Part shown: piece by piece, positions 41,244 to 60,603 of the stretch
Layout of the letters: the number at the start of each line of letters is the position of its first letter
Position numbering within the stretch: the first letter of the stretch is position 1
Assembly (NCBI RefSeq): GCF_009914755.1
Contig: NC_060948.1
Length of the DNA: 64,000 nt
DNA from: the human T2T-CHM13v2.0 reference genome, Homo sapiens
Direction: 5' to 3' (one strand)
Made by a program: the position numbers and the translations under genes
The notes under the pieces: model-generated
The model's input: only the letters and a program-made list of their open reading frames with translations
The model's database searches: none
Told to the model about the DNA's origin: nothing

Positions 41244-43350
41244 AGATCCGTATTTTTTAAATGAAAAAAAATTTCAAAGGTACTCTGCTTGGTACAATAA
41301 TCAAATGTATAAACTGAGGAATAAAACATAACCATGAAACCTACTTATAACTGCATATGGAAAATACAGAGGATAATTTTTTAAATAACATATTTTGAAA
41401 GCCTTAACTAGTAATTTGAAGAGTTGGCATTTGAAAGGCCAGTATGAATATACCTTCAAAGCAGCAACACAGGTTCCCCATGAGAAAAAGCAAACACAGG
41501 GAAAATAAAAACACAAAGGTTCAATCTCTTCTGACCTTTGAAAGACACAGCACAGACAGTGGTCCTTAGGACGAAGAGCAGGAGACCCCTAATTCCGTCA
41601 CCATGGCGATAGGGCATAAACATTGCTGGGTGAGGGCACAATCCACATTGTGAGGTCCAACTGCTGCCAGGAAGACAGGAGTGCTTTTACATAGACCGAA
41701 AGGTCATTGAAGGCTCAGAGTTTTGTTTCAAGAACTGAATCCCAAGCCCACACGTTATTAGGCTGCGCTTCTTAAAACAAGTTATGAGATGGGAAAAAGG
41801 GCACCCACAAACATACGTATACATTATGTATATAATAATATACAGTATCATATATATAATATATATAACCTATGTATAATATTGTTTTACATCCTGCATC
41901 TTATGTTATATATATTGTATAAAATATAATAATTGATAATATATAAGTTTTATAATTATACAATATGACATATAGTATATATTATAATTTATGACATATA
42001 TAATATATGTTATATGTCATATATAGAATATATTATACGGTTAATATACGTATTAAATATAAATTATACATTATATATATTATATATAATATATCTGTTA
42101 TATATAATACCCATTATGCATAATATATATATTATGTCTATGTTATATATAGTATAAAACAACATATAATAATATATAATTGTATATATAAAATGCGACA
42201 TATAATATATATTATATTTTATAACATATGTAATATATATTATATATTATATATAATACGTTGTATGTATAATACCTATATTAAATATATATTATATGAC
42301 TATGTTATTAATTACATGTCACATGTGTTATATATTATATATTTTACATAGAATATACCGGTTACATACAATATATACTATGTTACCTATAATGTATAAT
42401 TGATTACATGTAAAATAAAGAATGCAATATATTATGTAAAATTTATAATATACAATATGTGGAATGTGACATATGTAACATATAATATATGATATATGAT
42501 ATACAGTATATGATATATAACATAAAATATATGATTCCTAATATATATGGTATACAATATATATTTTATGATATGTGTTCTATATGTTTTATATTCTGTT
42601 ATATATAACTATTTGAAATTATATATAACTGTATAATATTTTATGTAAATATGTAATATAATATATATAACTATATAATATATTATATATAACTATATAT
42701 TATGTTATATATACTTTTATAACATAATTTACATAAAATATCATAATATAATATATATTATATTTTTTCATATTACATAATATATATTACATATCACCCA
42801 ATATAACTAACATACATAATATTATAATATAGATTATATTATGTTATATTAAATATCATATATATCATGTATCATATATTCTATAATATATATTACACAT
42901 TATATAATATGTATGTTGTCTATTATGTGATATATATAACTCTATATATAATTATATTTTTATACATATAACTAGATAAACATGTAATTCTACATATTTT
43001 CATTTGTAATATGTAGAATTATATAATCATATATAATTATTTATATTCTATAAAAAATTTTATCATTATATAAATTATAATATATAAAAATTATAATATG
43101 TACTACAAATATATATATATTATATATCATATATGATATAGTACCTTTGTTATATATCATAATACATATAAATGTGTATTATGTTATCTATAATTATATA
43201 ATTTCATATATAAGATGTATAATATGTATCATATATTATATATGTTATGTAATATATATAGTATATATAAGATGACACAGGATAAATATTATATACTATG
43301 ACATATAAAATATATGAGGTTATATGTTACATATAAGGCATAGCACATAA

Positions 43351-43665
<315 letters not shown>

Positions 43666-45768
43666 AGATCCGTATTTTTTAAATGAAAAAAAATTTCAAA
43701 GGTACTCTGCTTGGTACAATAATCAAATGTATAAACTGAGGAATAAAACATAACCATGAAACCTACTTATAACTGCATATGGAAAATACAGAGGATAATT
43801 TTTTAAATAACATATTTTGAAAGCCTTAACTAGTAATTTGAAGAGTTGGCATTTGAAAGGCCAGTATGAATATACCTTCAAAGCAGCAACACAGGTTCCC
43901 CATGAGAAAAAGCAAACACAGGGAAAATAAAAACACAAAGGTTCAATCTCTTCTGACCTTTGAAAGACACAGCACAGACAGTGGTCCTTAGGACGAAGAG
44001 CAGGAGACCCCTAATTCCGTCACCATGGCAATAGGGCATAAACATTGCTGGGTGAGGGCACAATCCACATTGTGAGGTCCAACTGCTGCCAGGAAGACAG
44101 GAGTGCTTTTACATAGACCGAAAGGTCATTGAAGGCTCAGAGTTTTGTTTCAAGAACTGAATCCCAAGCCCACACGTTATTAGGCTGCGCTTCTTAAAAC
44201 AAGTTATGAGATGGGAAAAAGGGCACCCACAAACATACGTATACATTATGTATATAATAATATACAGTATCATATATATAATATATATAACCTATGTATA
44301 ATATTGTTTTACATCCTGCATCTTATGTTATATATATTGTATAAAATATAATAATTGATAATATATAAGTTTTATAATTATACAATATGACATATAGTAT
44401 ATATTATAATTTATGACATATATAATATATGTTATATGTCATATATAGAATATATTATACGGTTAATATACGTATTAAATATAAATTATACATTATATAT
44501 ATTATATATAATATATCTGTTATATAAAATACCCATTATGCATAATATATATATTATGTCTATGTTATATATAGTATAAAACAACATATAATAATATATA
44601 ATTGTATATATAAAATGCGACATATAATATATATTATATTTTATAACATATGTAATATATATTATATATTATATATAATACGTTGTATGTATAATACCTA
44701 TATTAAATATATATTATATGACTATGTTATTAATTACATGTCACATGTGTTATATATTATATATTTTACATAGAATATACCGGTTACATACAATATATAC
44801 TATGTTACCTATAATGTATAATTTATTACATGTAAAATAAAGAATGCAACATATTATGTAAAATTTATAATATACCATATGTGGAATGTGATATATATAA
44901 CATATAATATATGATATATGATATACAGTATATGATATATAACATACAATATATGATTCCTAATATATATGGTATACAATATATATTTTATGATATGTAT
45001 TCTATATGTTTTATATTCTGTTATATATAACTATTTGAAATTATATATAACTGTATAATATTTTATGTAAATATGTAATATAATATATATAACTATATAA
45101 TATATTATATATAACTATATATTATGTTATATATACTTTTATAACATAATTTACATAAAATATCATAATATAATATATATTATATTATTTCATATTACAT
45201 AATATATATTACATATCACCCAATATAACTAACATACATAATATTATAATATAGATTATATTATGTTATATTAAATATCATATATATCATGTATCATATA
45301 TTCTATAATATATATTACACATTATATAATATGTATGTTGTCTATTATGTGATATATATAACTATATATAATTATATTTTTATACATATAACTAGATAAA
45401 CATGTAATTCTACATATTTTCGTTTATAATATGTAGAATTATATAATCATATATAATTATTTATATTCTATAAAAAATTTTATCATTATATAAATTATAA
45501 TATATAAAAATTATAATATGTACTACAAATATATATATTATATATCATATATGCTATAGTACCTTTGTTATATATCATAATACATATAAATGTGTATTAT
45601 GTTATCTATAATTATATAATTTCATATATAAGATGTATAATGTGTATCATATATTATATATGTTATGTAATATATATAGTATATATAAGATGACACAGGA
45701 TAAATATTATATACTATGACATATAAAATATATGAGGTTATATGTTACATATAAGGCATAGCACATAA

Positions 45769-46083
<315 letters not shown>

Positions 46084-48186
46084 AGATCCATATTTTGTAA
46101 ATGAAAAAAAATTTCAAAGGTACTCTGCTTGGTACAATAATCAAATGTATAAACTGAGGAATAAAACATAACCATGAAACCTACTTATAACTGCATATGG
46201 AAAATACAGAGGATAATTTTTTAAATAACATATTTTGAAAGCCTTAACTAGTAATTTGAAGAGTTGGCATTTGAAAGGCCAGTATGAATATACCTTCAAA
46301 GCAGCAACACAGGTTCCCCATGAGAAAAAGCAAACACAGGGAAAATAAAAACACAAAGGTTCAATCTCTTCTGACCTTTGAAAGACACAGCACAGACAGT
46401 GGTCCTTAGGACGAAGAGCAGGAGACCCCTAATTCCGTCACCATGGCGATAGGGCATAAACATTGCTGGGTGAGGGCACAATCCACATTGTGAGGTCCAA
46501 CTGCTGCCAGGAAGACAGGAGTGCTTTTACATAGACCGAAAGGTCATTGAAGGCTCAGAGTTTTGTTTCAAGAACTGAATCCCAAGCCCACACGTTATTA
46601 GGCTGCGCTTCTTAAAACAAGTTATGAGATGGGAAAAAGGGCACCCACAAACATACGTATACATTATGTATATAATAATATACAGTATCATATATATAAT
46701 ATATATAACCTATGTATAATATTGTTTTACATCCTGCATCTTATGTTATATATATTGTATAAAATATAATAATTGATAATATATAAGTTTTATAATTATA
46801 CAATATGACATATAGTATATATTATAATTTATGACATATATAATATATGTTATATGTCATATATAGAATATATTATACGGTTAATATACGTATTAAATAT
46901 AAATTATACATTATATATATTATATATAATATATCTGTTATATAAAATACCCATTATGCATAATATATATATTATGTCTATGTTATATATAGTATAAAAC
47001 AACATATAATAATATATAATTGTATATATAAAATGCGACATATAATATATATTATATTTTATAACATATGTAATATATATTATATATTATATATAATACG
47101 TTGTATGTATAATACCTATATTAAATATATATTATATGACTATGTTATTAATTACATGTCACATGTGTTATATATTATATATTTTACATAGAATATACCG
47201 GTTACATACAATATATACTATGTTACCTATAATGTATAATTTATTACATGTAAAATAAAGAATGCAACATATTATGTAAAATTTATAATATACCATATGT
47301 GGAATGTGATATATATAACATATAATATATGATATATGATATACAGTATATGATATATAACATACAATATATGATTCCTAATATATATGGTATACAATAT
47401 ATATTTTATGATATGTATTCTATATGTTTTATATTCTGTTATATATAACTATTTGAAATTATATATAACTGTATAATATTTTATGTAAATATGTAATATA
47501 ATATATATAACTATATAATATATTATATATAACTATATATTATGTTATATATACTTTTATAACATAATTTACATAAAATATCATAATATAATATATATTA
47601 TATTATTTCATATTACATAATATATATTACATATCACCCAATATAACTAACATACATAATATTATAATATAGATTATATTATGTTATATTAAATATCATA
47701 TATATCATGTATCATATATTCTATAATATATATTACACATTATATAATATGTATGTTGTCTATTATGTGATATATATAACTATATATAATTATATTTTTA
47801 TACATATAACTAGATAAACATGTAATTCTACATATTTTCGTTTATAATATGTAGAATTATATAATCATATATAATTATTTATATTCTATAAAAAATTTTA
47901 TCATTATATAAATTATAATATATAAAAATTATAATATTTACTACAAATATATATATTATATATCATATATGCTATAGTACCTTTGTTATATATCATAATA
48001 CATATAAATGTGTATTATGTTATCTATAATTATATAATTTCATATATAAGATGTATAATGTGTATCATATATTATATATGTTATGTAATATATATAGTAT
48101 ATATAAGATGACACAGGATAAATATTATATACTATGACATATAAAATATATGAGGTTATATGTTACATATAAGGCATAGCACATAA

Positions 48187-48501
<315 letters not shown>

Positions 48502-50604
48502 AGATCCATATTTTGTAAATGAAAAAAAATTTCAAAGGTACTCTGCTTGGTACAATAATCAAATGTATAAACTGAGGAATAAAACATAACCATGAAACCT
48601 ACTTATAACTGCATATGGAAAATACAGAGGATAATTTTTTAAATAACATATTTTGAAAGCCTTAACTAGTAATTTGAAGAGTTGGCATTTGAAAGGCCAG
48701 TATGAATATACCTTCAAAGCAGCAACACAGGTTCCCCATGAGAAAAAGCAAACACAGGGAAAATAAAAACACAAAGGTTCAATCTCTTCTGACCTTTGAA
48801 AGACACAGCACAGACAGTGGTCCTTAGGACGAAGAGCAGGAGACCCCTAATTCCGTCACCATGGCGATAGGGCATAAACATTGCTGGGTGAGGGCACAAT
48901 CCACATTGTGAGGTCCAACTGCTGCCAGGAAGACAGGAGTGCTTTTACATAGACCGAAAGGTCATTGAAGGCTCAGAGTTTTGTTTCAAGAACTGAATCC
49001 CAAGCCCACACGTTATTAGGCTGCGCTTCTTAAAACAAGTTATGAGATGGGAAAAAGGGCACCCACAAACATACGTATACATTATGTATATAATAATATA
49101 CAGTATCATATATATAATATATATAACCTATGTATAATATTGTTTTACATCCTGCATCTTATGTTATATATATTGTATAAAATATAATAGTTGATAATAT
49201 ATAAGTTTTATAATTATACAATATGACATATAGTATATATTATAATTTATGACATATATAATATATGTTATATGTCATATATAGAATATATTATACGGTT
49301 AATATACGTATTAAATATAAATTATACATTATATATATTATATATAATATATCTGTTATATATAATACCCATTATGCATAATATATATATTATGTCTATG
49401 TTATATATAGTATAAAACAACATATAATAATATATAATTGTATATATAAAATGCGACATATAATATATATTATATTTTATAACATATGTAATATATATTA
49501 TATATTATATATAATACGTTGTATGTATAATACCTATATTAAATATATATTATATGACTATGTTATTAATTACATGTCACATGTGTTATATATTATATAT
49601 TTTACATAGAATATACCGGTTACATACAATATATACTATGTTACCTATAATGTATAATTTATTACATGTAAAATAAAGAATGCAATATATTATGTAAAAT
49701 TTATAATATACCATATGTGGAATGTGATATATATAACATATAATATATGATATATGATATACAGTATATGATATATAACATACAATATATGATTCCTAAT
49801 ATATATGGTATACAATATATATTTTATGATATGTATTCTATATGTTTTATATTCTGTTATATATAACTATTTGAAATTATATATAACTGTATAATATTTT
49901 ATGTAAATATGTAATATAATATATATAACTATATAATATATTATATATAACTATATATTATGTTATATATACTTTTATAACATAATTTACATAAAATATC
50001 ATAATATAATATATATTATATTATTTCATATTACATAATATATATTACATATCACCCAATATAACTAACATACATAATATTATAATATAGATTATATTAT
50101 GTTATATTAAATATCATATATATCATGTATCATATATTCTATAATATATATTACACATTATATAATATGTATGTTGTCTATTATGTGATATATATAACTA
50201 TATATAATTATATTTTTATACATATAACTAGATAAACATGTAATTCTACATATTTTCGTTTATAATATGTAGAATTATATAATCATATATAATTATTTAT
50301 ATTCTATAAAAAATTTTATCATTATATAAATTATAATATATAAAAATTATAATATGTACTACAAATATATATATTATATATCATATATGCTATAGTACCT
50401 TTGTTATATATCATAATACATATAAATGTGTATTATGTTATCTATAATTATATAATTTCATATATAAGTTGTATAATATGAATCATATATTATATATGTT
50501 ATGTAATATATATAGTATATATAAGATGACACAGGATAAATATTATATACTATGAGATATAAAATATATGAGGTTATATGTTACATATAAGGCATAGCAC
50601 ATAA

Positions 50605-50919
<315 letters not shown>

Positions 50920-53047
50920 AGATCCATATTTTTTAAATGAAAAAAAATTTCAAAGGTACTCTGCTTGGTACAATAATCAAATGTATAAACTGAGGAATAA
51001 AACATAACCATGAAACCTACTTATAACTGCATATGGAAAATACAGAGGATAATTTTTTAAATAACATATTTTGAAAGCCTTAACTAGTAATTTGAAGAGC
51101 TGGCATTTGAAAGGCCAGTATGAATATACCTTCAAAGCAGCAACACAGGTTCCCCATGAGAAAAAGCAAACACAGGGAAAATAAAAACACAAAGGTTCAA
51201 TCTCTTCTGACCTTTGAAAGACACAGCACAGACAGTGGTCCTTAGGACGAAGAGCAGGAGACCCCTAATTCCGTCACCATGGCGATAGGGCATAAACATT
51301 GCTGGGTGAGGGCACAATCCACATTGTGAGGTCCAACTGCTGCCAGGAAGACAGGAGTGCTTTTACATAGACCGAAAGGTCATTGAAGGCTCAGAGTTTT
51401 GTTTCAAGAACTGAATCCCAAGCCCACACGTTATTAGGCTGCGCTTCTTTAAACAAGTTATGAGATGGGAAAAAGGGCACCCACAAACATACGTATACAT
51501 TATGTATATAATAATATACAGTATCATATATATAATATATATAACCTATGTATAATATTGTTTTACATCCTGCATCTTATGTTATATATATTGTATAAAA
51601 TATAATAGTTGATAATATATAAGTTTTATAATTATACAATATGACATATAGTATATATTATAATTTATGACATATATAATATATGTTATATGTCATATAT
51701 AGAATATATTATACGGTTAATATACGTATTAAATATAAATTATACATTATATATATTATATATAATATATCTGTTATATATAATACCCATTATGCATAAT
51801 ATATATATTATATCTATGTTATATATAGTATAAAACAACATATAATAATATATAATTGTATATATAAAATGCGACATATAATATATATTATATTTTATAA
51901 CATATGTAATATATATTATATATTATATATAATACGTTGTAAGTATAATACCTATATTAAATATATATTATATGACTATGTTATTAATTACATGTCACAT
52001 GTGTTATATATTATATATTTTACATAGAATATACCGGTTACATACAATATATACTATGTTACCTATAATGTATAATTTATTACATGTAAAATAAAGAATG
52101 CAATATATTATGTATAATTTATAATATACCATATGTGGAATGTGATATATATAACATATAATATATGATATATGATATACAGTATATGATATATAACATA
52201 CAATATATGATTCCTAATATATATGGTATACAATATATATTTTATGATATGTATTCTATATGTTTTATATTCTGTTATATATAACTATTTGAAATTATAT
52301 ATAACTGTATAATATTTTATGTAAATATGTAATATAATATATATAACTATATAATATATTATATATAACTATATATTATGTTATATATACTTTTATAACA
52401 TAATTTACATAAAATATCATAATATAATATATATTATATTATTTCATATTACATAATATATATTACATATCACCCAATATAACTAACATACATAATATTA
52501 TAATATAGATTATATTGCGTTATATTAAATATCATATATATCATGTATCATATATTCTATAATATATATTACACATTATATAATATGTATGTTGTCTATT
52601 ATGTGATATATATAACTATATATATAATTATATTTTTATACATATAACTAGATAAACATGTAATTCTACATATTTTCATTTATAATATGTAGAATTATAT
52701 AATCATATATAATTATTTATATTCTATAAAAAATTTTATCATTATATAAATTATAATATATAAAAATTATAATATGTACTACAAATATATATATTATATA
52801 TCATATATGCTATAGTACTATTGTTATATTTCATAATACATATAAATGTGTATTATGTTATCTATAATTATATAATTTCATATATAAGGTGTATAATATG
52901 TATCATAAATTATATATGTTGTGTAATATATATAGTATATATAAGATGACACAGGATAAATATTATATACTATGACATATAAAATATATGAGGTTATATG
53001 TTACATATAAGGCATAGCACATAACATGTAATATATATCATATATAA

Positions 53048-53339
53048 TTTTTTTTTAGACAGAATCTTGTCCTGTTGCACAGGGTGGGGTACAATAGCGC
53101 CATCTTTGCTGACTGCAAATTCTGCCTCACGGGTCCAAGCGATTGTCCTCCCTCAGCCTCCCAGGTAGCTGGGACTACACCACACTGGGACTACACCAGC
53201 TGCCACCATGCCTAGCTAATTTTTTGGAGTTTTAGTAGTGACAGCGTTTCACTGTATTGGCCAGGATGGTCTTGATCTCTTCACCTTGTGATCCCCTTGC
53301 CTTGGCCTCCAAATTTGCTGGGATTACAGGCCTGAGCCA
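53048..53339 (-). mobile_element. Diverged Alu copy (DYZ2 subunit)
   Basis: Near-identical copy of 2237..2528. Confidence 0.92.
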
Positions 53340-55444
53340 AGATCCATATTTTTTAAATGAAAAAAAATTTCAAAGGTACTCTGCTTGGTACAATAATCAA
53401 ATGTATAAACTGAGGAATAAAACATAACCATGAAACCTACTTATAACTGCATATGGAAAATACAGAGGATAATTTTTTAAATAACATATTTTGAAAGCCT
53501 TAACTAGTAATTTGAAGAGTTGGCATTTGAAAGGCCAGTATGAATATACCTTCAAAGCAGCAACACAGGTTCCCCATGAGAAAAAGCAAACACAGGGAAA
53601 ATAAAAACACAAAGGTTCAATCACTTCTGACCTTTGAAAGACACAGCACAGACAGTGGTCCTTAGGACGAAGAGCAGGAGACCCCTAATTCCGTCACCAT
53701 GGCGATAGGGCATAAACATTGCTGGGTGAGGGCACAATCCACATTGTGAGGTCCAACTGCTGCCAGGAAGACAGGAGTGCTTTTACATAGACCGAAAGGT
53801 CATTGAAGGCTCAGAGTTTTGTTTCAAGAACTGAATCCCAAGCCCACACGTTATTAGGCTGCGCTTCTTAAAACAAGTTATGAGATGGGAAAAAGGGCAC
53901 CCACAAACATACGTATACATTATGTATATAATAATATACAGTATCATATATATAATATATATAACCTATGTATAATACTGTTTTACATCCTGCATCTTAT
54001 GTTATATATATTGTATAAAATATAATAATTGATAATATATAAGTTTTATAATTATACAATATGACATATAGTATATATTATAATTTATGACATATATAAT
54101 ATATGTTATATGTCATATATAGAATATATTATACGGTTAATATACGTATTAAATATAAATTATACATTATATATATTATATACAATATATCTGTTATATA
54201 TAATACCCATTATGCATAATATATATATTATGTCTATGTTATATATAGTATAAAACAACATATAATAATATATAATTGTATATATAAAATGCGACATATA
54301 ATATATATTATATTTTATAACATATGTAATATATATTATATATTATATATAATACGTTGTATGTATAATACCTATATTAAATATATATTATATGACTATG
54401 TTATTAATTACATGTCACATGTGTTATATATTATATATTTTACATAGAATATACCGGTTACGTACAATATATACTATGTTACCTATAATGTATAATTTAT
54501 TACATGTAAAATAAAGAATGCAATATATTATGTATAATTTATAATATACCATATGTGGAATGTGATATATATAACATATAATATATGATATATGATATAC
54601 AGTATATGATATATAACATACAATATATGATTCCTAATATATATGGTATACAATATATATTTTATGATATGTATTCTATATGTTTTATATTCTGTTATAT
54701 ATAACTATTTGAAATTATATATAACTGTATAATATTTTATGTAAATATGTAATATAATATATATAACTATATAATATATTATATATAACTATATATTATG
54801 TTATATATACTTTTATAACATAATTTACATAAAATATCATAATATAATATATATTATATTATTTCATATTACATAATATATATTACATATCACCCAATAT
54901 AACTAACATACATAATATTATAATATAGATTATATTGTGTTATATTAAATATCATATATATCATGTATCATATATTCTATAATATATATTACACATTATA
55001 TAATATGTATGTTGTCTATTATGTGATATATATAACTATATATATAATTATATTTTTATACATATAACTAGATAAACATGTAATTCTACATATTTTCATT
55101 TATAATATGTAGAATTATATAATCATATATAATTATTTATATTCTATAAAAAATTTTATCATTATATAAATTATAATATATAAAAATTATAATATGTACT
55201 ACAAATATATATATTATATATCATATATGATATAGTACCTTTGTTATATATCATAATACATATACATGTGTATTATGTTATCTATAATTATATAATTTCA
55301 TATATAAGATGTATAATATGTATCATATATTATATAAGTTATGTAATATATATAGTATATATAAGATGACACAGGATAAATATTATATACTATGACATAT
55401 AAAATATATGAGGTTATATGTTACATATAAGGCATAGCACATAA

Positions 55445-55759
<315 letters not shown>

Positions 55760-57866
55760 AGATCCATATTTTTTAAATGAAAAAAAATTTCAAAGGTACT
55801 CTGCTTGGTACAATAATCAAATGTATAAACTGAGGAATAAAACATAACCATGAAACCTACTTATAACTGCATATGGAAAATACAGAAGATAATTTTTTAA
55901 ATAACATATTTTGAAAGCCTTAACTAGTAATTTGAAGAGTTGGCATTTGAAAGGCCAGTATGAATATACCTTCAAAGCAGCAACACAGGTTCCCCATGAG
56001 AAAAAGCAAACACAGGGAAAATTAAAACACAAAGGTTCAATCTCTTCTGACCTTTGAAAGACACAGCACAGACAGTGGTCCTTTGGAGGAAGAGCACGAG
56101 ACCCCTAATTCCGTCACCATGGCGATAGGGCATAAACATTGCTGGGTGAGGGCACAATCCACATTGTGAGGTCCAACTGCTGCCAGGAAGACAGGAGTGC
56201 TTTTACATAGACCGAAAGGTCATTGAAGGCTCAGAGTTTTGTTTCAAGAACTGAATCCCAAGCCCACACGTTATTAGGCTGCGCTTCTTAAAACAAGTTA
56301 TGAGATGGGAAAAAGGGCACCCACAAACATACGTATACATTATGTATATAATAATATACAGTATCATATATATAATATATATAACCTATGTATAATACTG
56401 TTTTACATCCTGCATCTTATGTTATATATATTGTATAAAATATAATAATTGATAATATATAAGTTTTATAATTATACAATATGACATATAGTATATATTA
56501 TAATTTATGACATATATAATATATGTTATATGTCATATATAGAATATATTATACGGTTAATATACGTATTAAATATAAATTATACATTATATATATTATA
56601 TACAATATATCTGTTATATATAATACCCATTATGCATAATATATATATTATGTCTATGTTATATATAGTATAAAACAACATATAATAATATATAATTGTA
56701 TATATAAAATGCGACATATAATATATATTATATTTTATAACATATGTAATATATATTATATATTATATATAATACGTTGTATGTATAATACCTATATTAA
56801 ATATATATTATATGACTATGTTATTAATTACATGTCACATGTGTTATATATTATATATTTTACATAGAATATACCGGTTACGTACAATATATACTATGTT
56901 ACCTATAATGTATAATTTATTACATGTAAAATAAAGAATGCAATATATTATGTATAATTTATAATATACAATATGTGGAATGTGACATATGTAACATATA
57001 ATATATGATATATGATATACAGTATATGATATATAACATACAATATATGATTCCTAATATATATGGTATACAATATATATTTTATGATATGTATTCTATA
57101 TGTTTTATATTCTGTTATATATAACTATTTGAAATTATATATAACTGTATAATATTTTATGTAAATATGTAATATAATATATATAACTATATAATATATT
57201 ATATATAACTATATATTATGTTATATATACTTTTATAACATAATTTACATAAAATATCATAATATAATATATATTATATTATTTCATATTACATAATATA
57301 TATTACATATCACCCAATATAACTAACATACATAATATTATAATATAGATTATATTATGTTATATTAAATATCATATATATCATGTATCATATATTCTAT
57401 AATATATATTACACATTATATAATATGTATGTTGTCTATTATGTGATATATATAACTCAATATATAATTATATTTTTATACATATAACTAGATAAACATG
57501 TAATTCTACATATTTTCATTTATAATATGTAGAATTATATAATCATATATAATTATTTATATTCTATAAAAAATTTTATCATTATATAAATTATAATATA
57601 TAAAAATTATAATATGTACTACAAATATATATATATTATATATCATATATGATATAGTACCTTTGTTATATATCATAATACATATAAATGTGTATTATGT
57701 TATCTATAATTATATAATTTCATATATAAGATGTATAATATGTATCATATATTATATATGTTATGTAATATATATAGTATATATAAGATGACACAGGATA
57801 AATATTATATACTATGACATATAAAATATATGAGGTTATATGTTACATATAAGGCATAGCACATAA

Positions 57867-58181
<315 letters not shown>

Positions 58182-60288
58182 AGATCCATATTTTGTAAAT
58201 GAAAAAAAATTTCAAAGGTACTCTGCTTGGTACAATAATCAAATGTATAAACTGAGGAATAAAACATAACCATGAAACCTACTTATAACTGCATATGGAA
58301 AATACAGAGGATAATTTTTTAAATAACATATTTTGAAAGCCTTAACTAGTAATTTGAAGAGTTGGCATTTGAAAGGCCAGTATGAATAAACCTTCAAAGC
58401 AGCAACACAGGTTCCCCATGAGAAAAAGCAAACACAGGGAAAATAAAAACACAAAGGTTCAATCTCTTCTGACCTTTGAAAGACACAGCACAGACAGTGG
58501 TCCTTAGGACGAAGAGCAGGAGACCCCTAATTCCGTCACCATGGCGATAGGGCATAAACATTGCTGGGTGAGGGCACAATCCACATTGTGAGGTCCAACT
58601 GCTGCCAGGAAGACAGGAGTGCTTTTACATAGACCGAAAGGTCATTGAAGGCTCAGAGTTTTGTTTCAAGAACTGAATCCCAAGCCCACACGTTATTAGG
58701 CTGCGCTTCTTAAAACAAGTTATGAGATGGGAAAAAGGGCACCCACAAACATACGTATACATTATGTATATAATAATATACTGTATCATATATATAATAT
58801 ATATAACCTATGTATAATATTGTTTTACATCCTGCATCTTATGTTATATATATTGTATAAAATATAATAATTGATAATATATAAGTTTTATAATTATACA
58901 ATATGACATATAGTATATATTATAATTTATGACATATATAATATATGTTATATATCATATATAGAATATATTATACGGTTAATATACGTATTAAATATAA
59001 ATTATACCTTATATATATTATATATAATATATCTGTTATATATAATACCCATTATGCATAATATATATATTATGTCTATGTTATATATAGTATAAAACAA
59101 CATATTATAATATATAATTGTATATATAAAATGCGACATATAATATATATTATATTTTATAACATATGTAATATATATTATATATTATATATAATACGTT
59201 GTATGTATAATACCTATATTAAATATATATTATATGACTATGTTATTAATTACATGTCACATGTGTTATATATTATATATTTTACATAGAATATACCGGT
59301 TACATACAATATATACTATGTTACCTATAATGTATAATTTATTACATGTAAAATAAAGAATGCAATATATTATGTATAATTTATAATATACAATATGTGG
59401 AATGTGACATATGTAACATATAATATATGATATATGATATACAGTATATGATATATAACATACAATATATGATTCCTAATATATATGGTATACAATATAT
59501 ATTTTATGATATGTATTCTATATGTTTTATATTCTGTTATATATAACTATTTGAAATTATATATAACTGTATAATATTTTATGTAAATATGTAATATAAT
59601 ATATATAACTATATAATATATTATATATAACTATATATTATGTTATATATACTTTTATAACATAATTTACATAAAATATCATAATATAATATATATTATA
59701 TTATTTCATATTACATAATATATATTACATATCACCCAATATAACTAACATACATAATATTATAATATAGATTATATTATGTTATATTAAATATCATATA
59801 TATCATGTATCATATATTCTATAATATATATTACACATTATATAATATGTATGTTGTCTATTATGTGATATATATAACTCAATATATAATTATATTTTTA
59901 TACATATAACTAGATAAACATGTAATTCTACATATTTTCATTTATAATATGTAGAATTATATAATCATATATAATTATTTATATTCTATAAAAAATTTTA
60001 TCATTATATAAATTATAATATATAAAAATTATAATATGTACTACAAATATATATATATTATATATCATATATGATATAGTACCTTTGTTATATATCATAA
60101 TACATATAAATGTGTATTATGTTATCTATAATTATATAATTTCATATATAAGATGTATAATATGTATCATATATTATATATGTTATGTAATATATATAGT
60201 ATATATAAGATGACACAGGATAAATATTATATACTATGACATATAAAATATATGAGGTTATATGTTACATATAAGGCATAGCACATAA

Positions 60289-60603
<315 letters not shown>
